62,748 nucleotides of DNA, taken from IMG/VR virus record IMGVR_UViG_3300037096_000044, positions 1 through 62,748 of that record. One strand, written 5' to 3'. A program made the translations under genes and the position numbers. Of the stretch, positions 61,346-62,748 are shown piece by piece (the first letter of the stretch is position 1; each line of letters opens with the position of its first letter). Below the pieces are notes generated by a model, which saw only the letters and a program-made list of their open reading frames with translations, searched no databases and was not told where the DNA came from. This DNA is from a virus.

Positions 61346-61915
61346 TGATGTTATTTCATTAGTTTATACGGGTAAAATAGTTGTTTTCTTTCATGTCGGT
61401 TTGGCGGATACTTCTGTTGTCGCGCGGTTCGCGGCTACGGGCCTCCCGAGGAGCCAAGAGCATAAAATCCCCGAGCGCCTAATCCGGTCCGGCCTCCTCT
61501 AACAGAGGCGCGAGCGACCCGGCCGGAGAGGGTAAGTAAAGGCCGCCAGCGCGCGGGCCGAGAAGAAAGACCCGGATTAAAAATCCGCGCTCCGCGAATT
61601 TCGTAGTAGCGCACCCAAAGGCTCCACGTAGCCAATCCCCGAACGCCCCACGAGGCCGAAGTAAGGGACAGCGCGGAAAACAATCCGGTTCTCTTCGAGA
61701 GACGAAAAGCTCACCGAGGCGAAGGCGCTCCGCCGCCGTAGTAGCCCGATAATCCCTCCGACCTCTAAGAGATAAAGACCGATCTTTCGAACGCCCAAAG
61801 CGGCCGTAGTAGGAAGGAATTAAAAAAGGCGAAACCGGACGCGGGGAACCGCGCCCGGTCGCCGCGCTAGGCGAGCGCGGCCTGATGAGCCAGCCGAATT
61901 TTAAGGAGAGCAGAA
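61346..61915 (+). other. ORF-free, GC-rich, hairpin-dense region (candidate structured ncRNA, leader or origin).
   Basis: No credible ORF on either strand. CCGTAGTAG occurs three times (61601-61609, 61736-61744, 61804-61812), and there are many local stems. Confidence 0.5.
61822..61863 (-). terminator. Strong hairpin with a T-tract on the minus strand only (back-stop terminator for antisense or read-through transcription).
   Basis: + strand reads aaaaaa-GGCGA-aa-CCGG-a-CGCGG-ggaa-CCGCG-c-CCGG-TCGCC. Confidence 0.5.
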
Positions 61916-62251
61916 ATGACGAAGCTTAATCAAAATCAACTCACAATTATGGCCGCGATCCTTGGTGTAGGAAATATTGGATGCGACCATTTGTTCAGAG
62001 GATCAGAGCCAACAGTTACTCCTGACATAGTCAAAAAAATTTACAATACCAATAATCAATTAAATATCGAAAATGTGGTTTATCATTTCGCTGGTTGCCT
62101 TTTTGAAAGTGAAGAGATGGCTGAGATATTTTGTGATGAAGCTAAATCTTGGATTAAGAAGCTTCGCAAAATGCCTGTGAAAAAAATTAAATCGACTTGG
62201 GAGGATACGGCCAAGTTCCTTGAAGCGATGGGTCTTGGAGATACACTGTGA
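61916..62251 (+). CDS. Hypothetical protein encoded by a visibly AT-rich gene.
   Basis: RBS aaggagag lies upstream. The composition is clearly lower in GC than the neighbouring sequence. Confidence 0.55.
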   Translation: MTKLNQNQLTIMAAILGVGNIGCDHLFRGSEPTVTPDIVKKIYNTNNQLNIENVVYHFAGCLFESEEMAEIFCDEAKSWIKKLRKMPVKKIKSTWEDTAKFLEAMGLGDTL

Positions 62252-62748
62252 GAGCGCCCAAAAAGTTTGTTACCGACATCCCCGAGTTCTTGCAACGGAA
62301 GCCGGATGGCGCTTTGGCTTTCCCAAAAGCGAAGGCCCCGAAAGTTGAACTGGTGAAAGCTATCGCACCAGTTCAACTCCCCGCGCTGCCGGAAGGATTG
62401 CGCTGGGCCGCGACCGAGAGCGAAGAGACGGGAAGCTCCGCCGAACTCGGCATCGTTCCGAGGCGGTGGGCGAGCGACCCGAGCATCGCCCGGTTCCTCG
62501 CTCTAGCGATCCGCGATAAGGGAGAGAGGAAGAAGGCTTCGCTCGAAAGCTTCAAAGCGTCGATGGCCGCGAAGAAGGCGGCGGAGCCAAAAGTAGCGAA
62601 GCCGTCTTTCGGAACCGGCGTTAAATTCCGTATCCTCCGGATGCGCAACCCGGATACAAAAGCCGGGAAACGCCACACCGAGATGGCCGAATATCTAAAG
62701 GCCCATCCGAATTGCGACGTGGCGGAGATGTTGGCGGGAGTTAAGAGT
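62248..62748 (+). CDS. 5' part of the wrap-around gene, which continues at base 128 of the window.
   Basis: The GTG start overlaps the upstream stop (GTGA). The frame stays open to the window end and is in phase with ORF 20..352. Confidence 0.6.
   Translation, partial: MRAPKKFVTDIPEFLQRKPDGALAFPKAKAPKVELVKAIAPVQLPALPEGLRWAATESEETGSSAELGIVPRRWASDPSIARFLALAIRDKGERKKASLESFKASMAAKKAAEPKVAKPSFGTGVKFRILRMRNPDTKAGKRHTEMAEYLKAHPNCDVAEMLAGVKS
62622..62748. repeat. Terminal direct repeat, copy 2 (identical to 1-127).
   Basis: Read directly. Confidence 0.95.

Noticed and set aside
61550-61700. RNase P-like, tmRNA-like or tRNA-like segments (GAAGAAAGACCCGG, ACAGCGCGGAAAACAAUCCGG, TTCGAA).
   Set aside because: They share only short fragments with the conserved cores. 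I could not build an acceptor/T-arm pair, a tag reading frame or P4 pairing by eye. A covariance-model scan is still needed.
61882-61889. A hammerhead ribozyme core, because CUGAUGAG is followed by GAA.
   Set aside because: The sequence between CUGAUGA and GAA (GCCAGCC) cannot form helix II, and no matching helix I/III or cleavage triplet is evident.
1-62748. Lysogeny module, tRNAs, rRNAs, or a transposase that could drive the cassettes.
   Set aside because: I recognised no integrase, recombinase, repressor-Cro pair, DDE or HUH transposase motif, or tRNA cloverleaf by eye. Small or divergent versions cannot be excluded without profile searches.

Overview
This window is a complete siphovirus-like tailed-phage genome. 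Bases 1-127 repeat exactly at 62622-62748 and an ORF reads in frame across that junction, so the unique sequence is 62621 bp, either circular or circularly assembled.

Layout:
(i) A + strand early block runs 61916 -> junction -> 6088. It holds a Spo11/TopoVI-A-like protein, a hexapeptide-repeat protein and an SNF2 helicase.
(ii) One ~36.7 kb minus-strand late operon runs 42857 -> 6164. It opens with a NusG/RfaH-like gene, followed by small and large terminase, portal and a MuF-like protein. Next come a ~7 kb sugar/glycosylation island, prohead protease, scaffold, major capsid, neck and tail tube. Then come the G/GT chaperone with a CCCAAAC -1 slippery site and the tape measure. A gene-transfer-agent (GTA)-like baseplate set follows: DUF2460-like, DUF2163/BR0599-like, NlpC/P60 and a 1315-aa host-specificity protein. 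The operon ends with two paralogous fibre genes and a 12-gene envelope/lysis cluster.
(iii) A minus-strand replication block runs 48452 -> 43366: a DnaA-domain-IV-like protein, a Toprim/SF3 primase-helicase and a C5 methyltransferase.
(iv) A + strand block runs 48595 -> 61345: a GcrA-like regulator, ThyX, a HAD phosphatase, a DnaQ-like exonuclease, a DnaE-type polymerase and a VRR-NUC-like nuclease.

GcrA and the GTA-like tail genes point to an alphaproteobacterial host. I saw no integrase, tRNA, rRNA or CRISPR array.

The most unusual signal is at 50340-53479. Three single-gene cassettes are each bracketed by the same asymmetric 25-bp inverted repeats. Exact 8-bp direct duplications sit at their boundaries: AATGGATA around cassette 1, and GAAGGATT on the inward-facing flanks of cassettes 2 and 3. 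No recognisable transposase is present. I read this as a cargo-carrying, MITE-like mobile cassette family in a phage, with a long-range RNA duplex as an alternative or additional role.

Other points worth follow-up:
- the glycosylation island inside the head module
- a 570-bp ORF-free structured region carrying three CCGTAGTAG motifs
- a 15 x 18-bp in-frame repeat
- a multi-hydrolase lysis cluster

All product calls come from motifs read in the translations, without database searches. Start codons are often uncertain.
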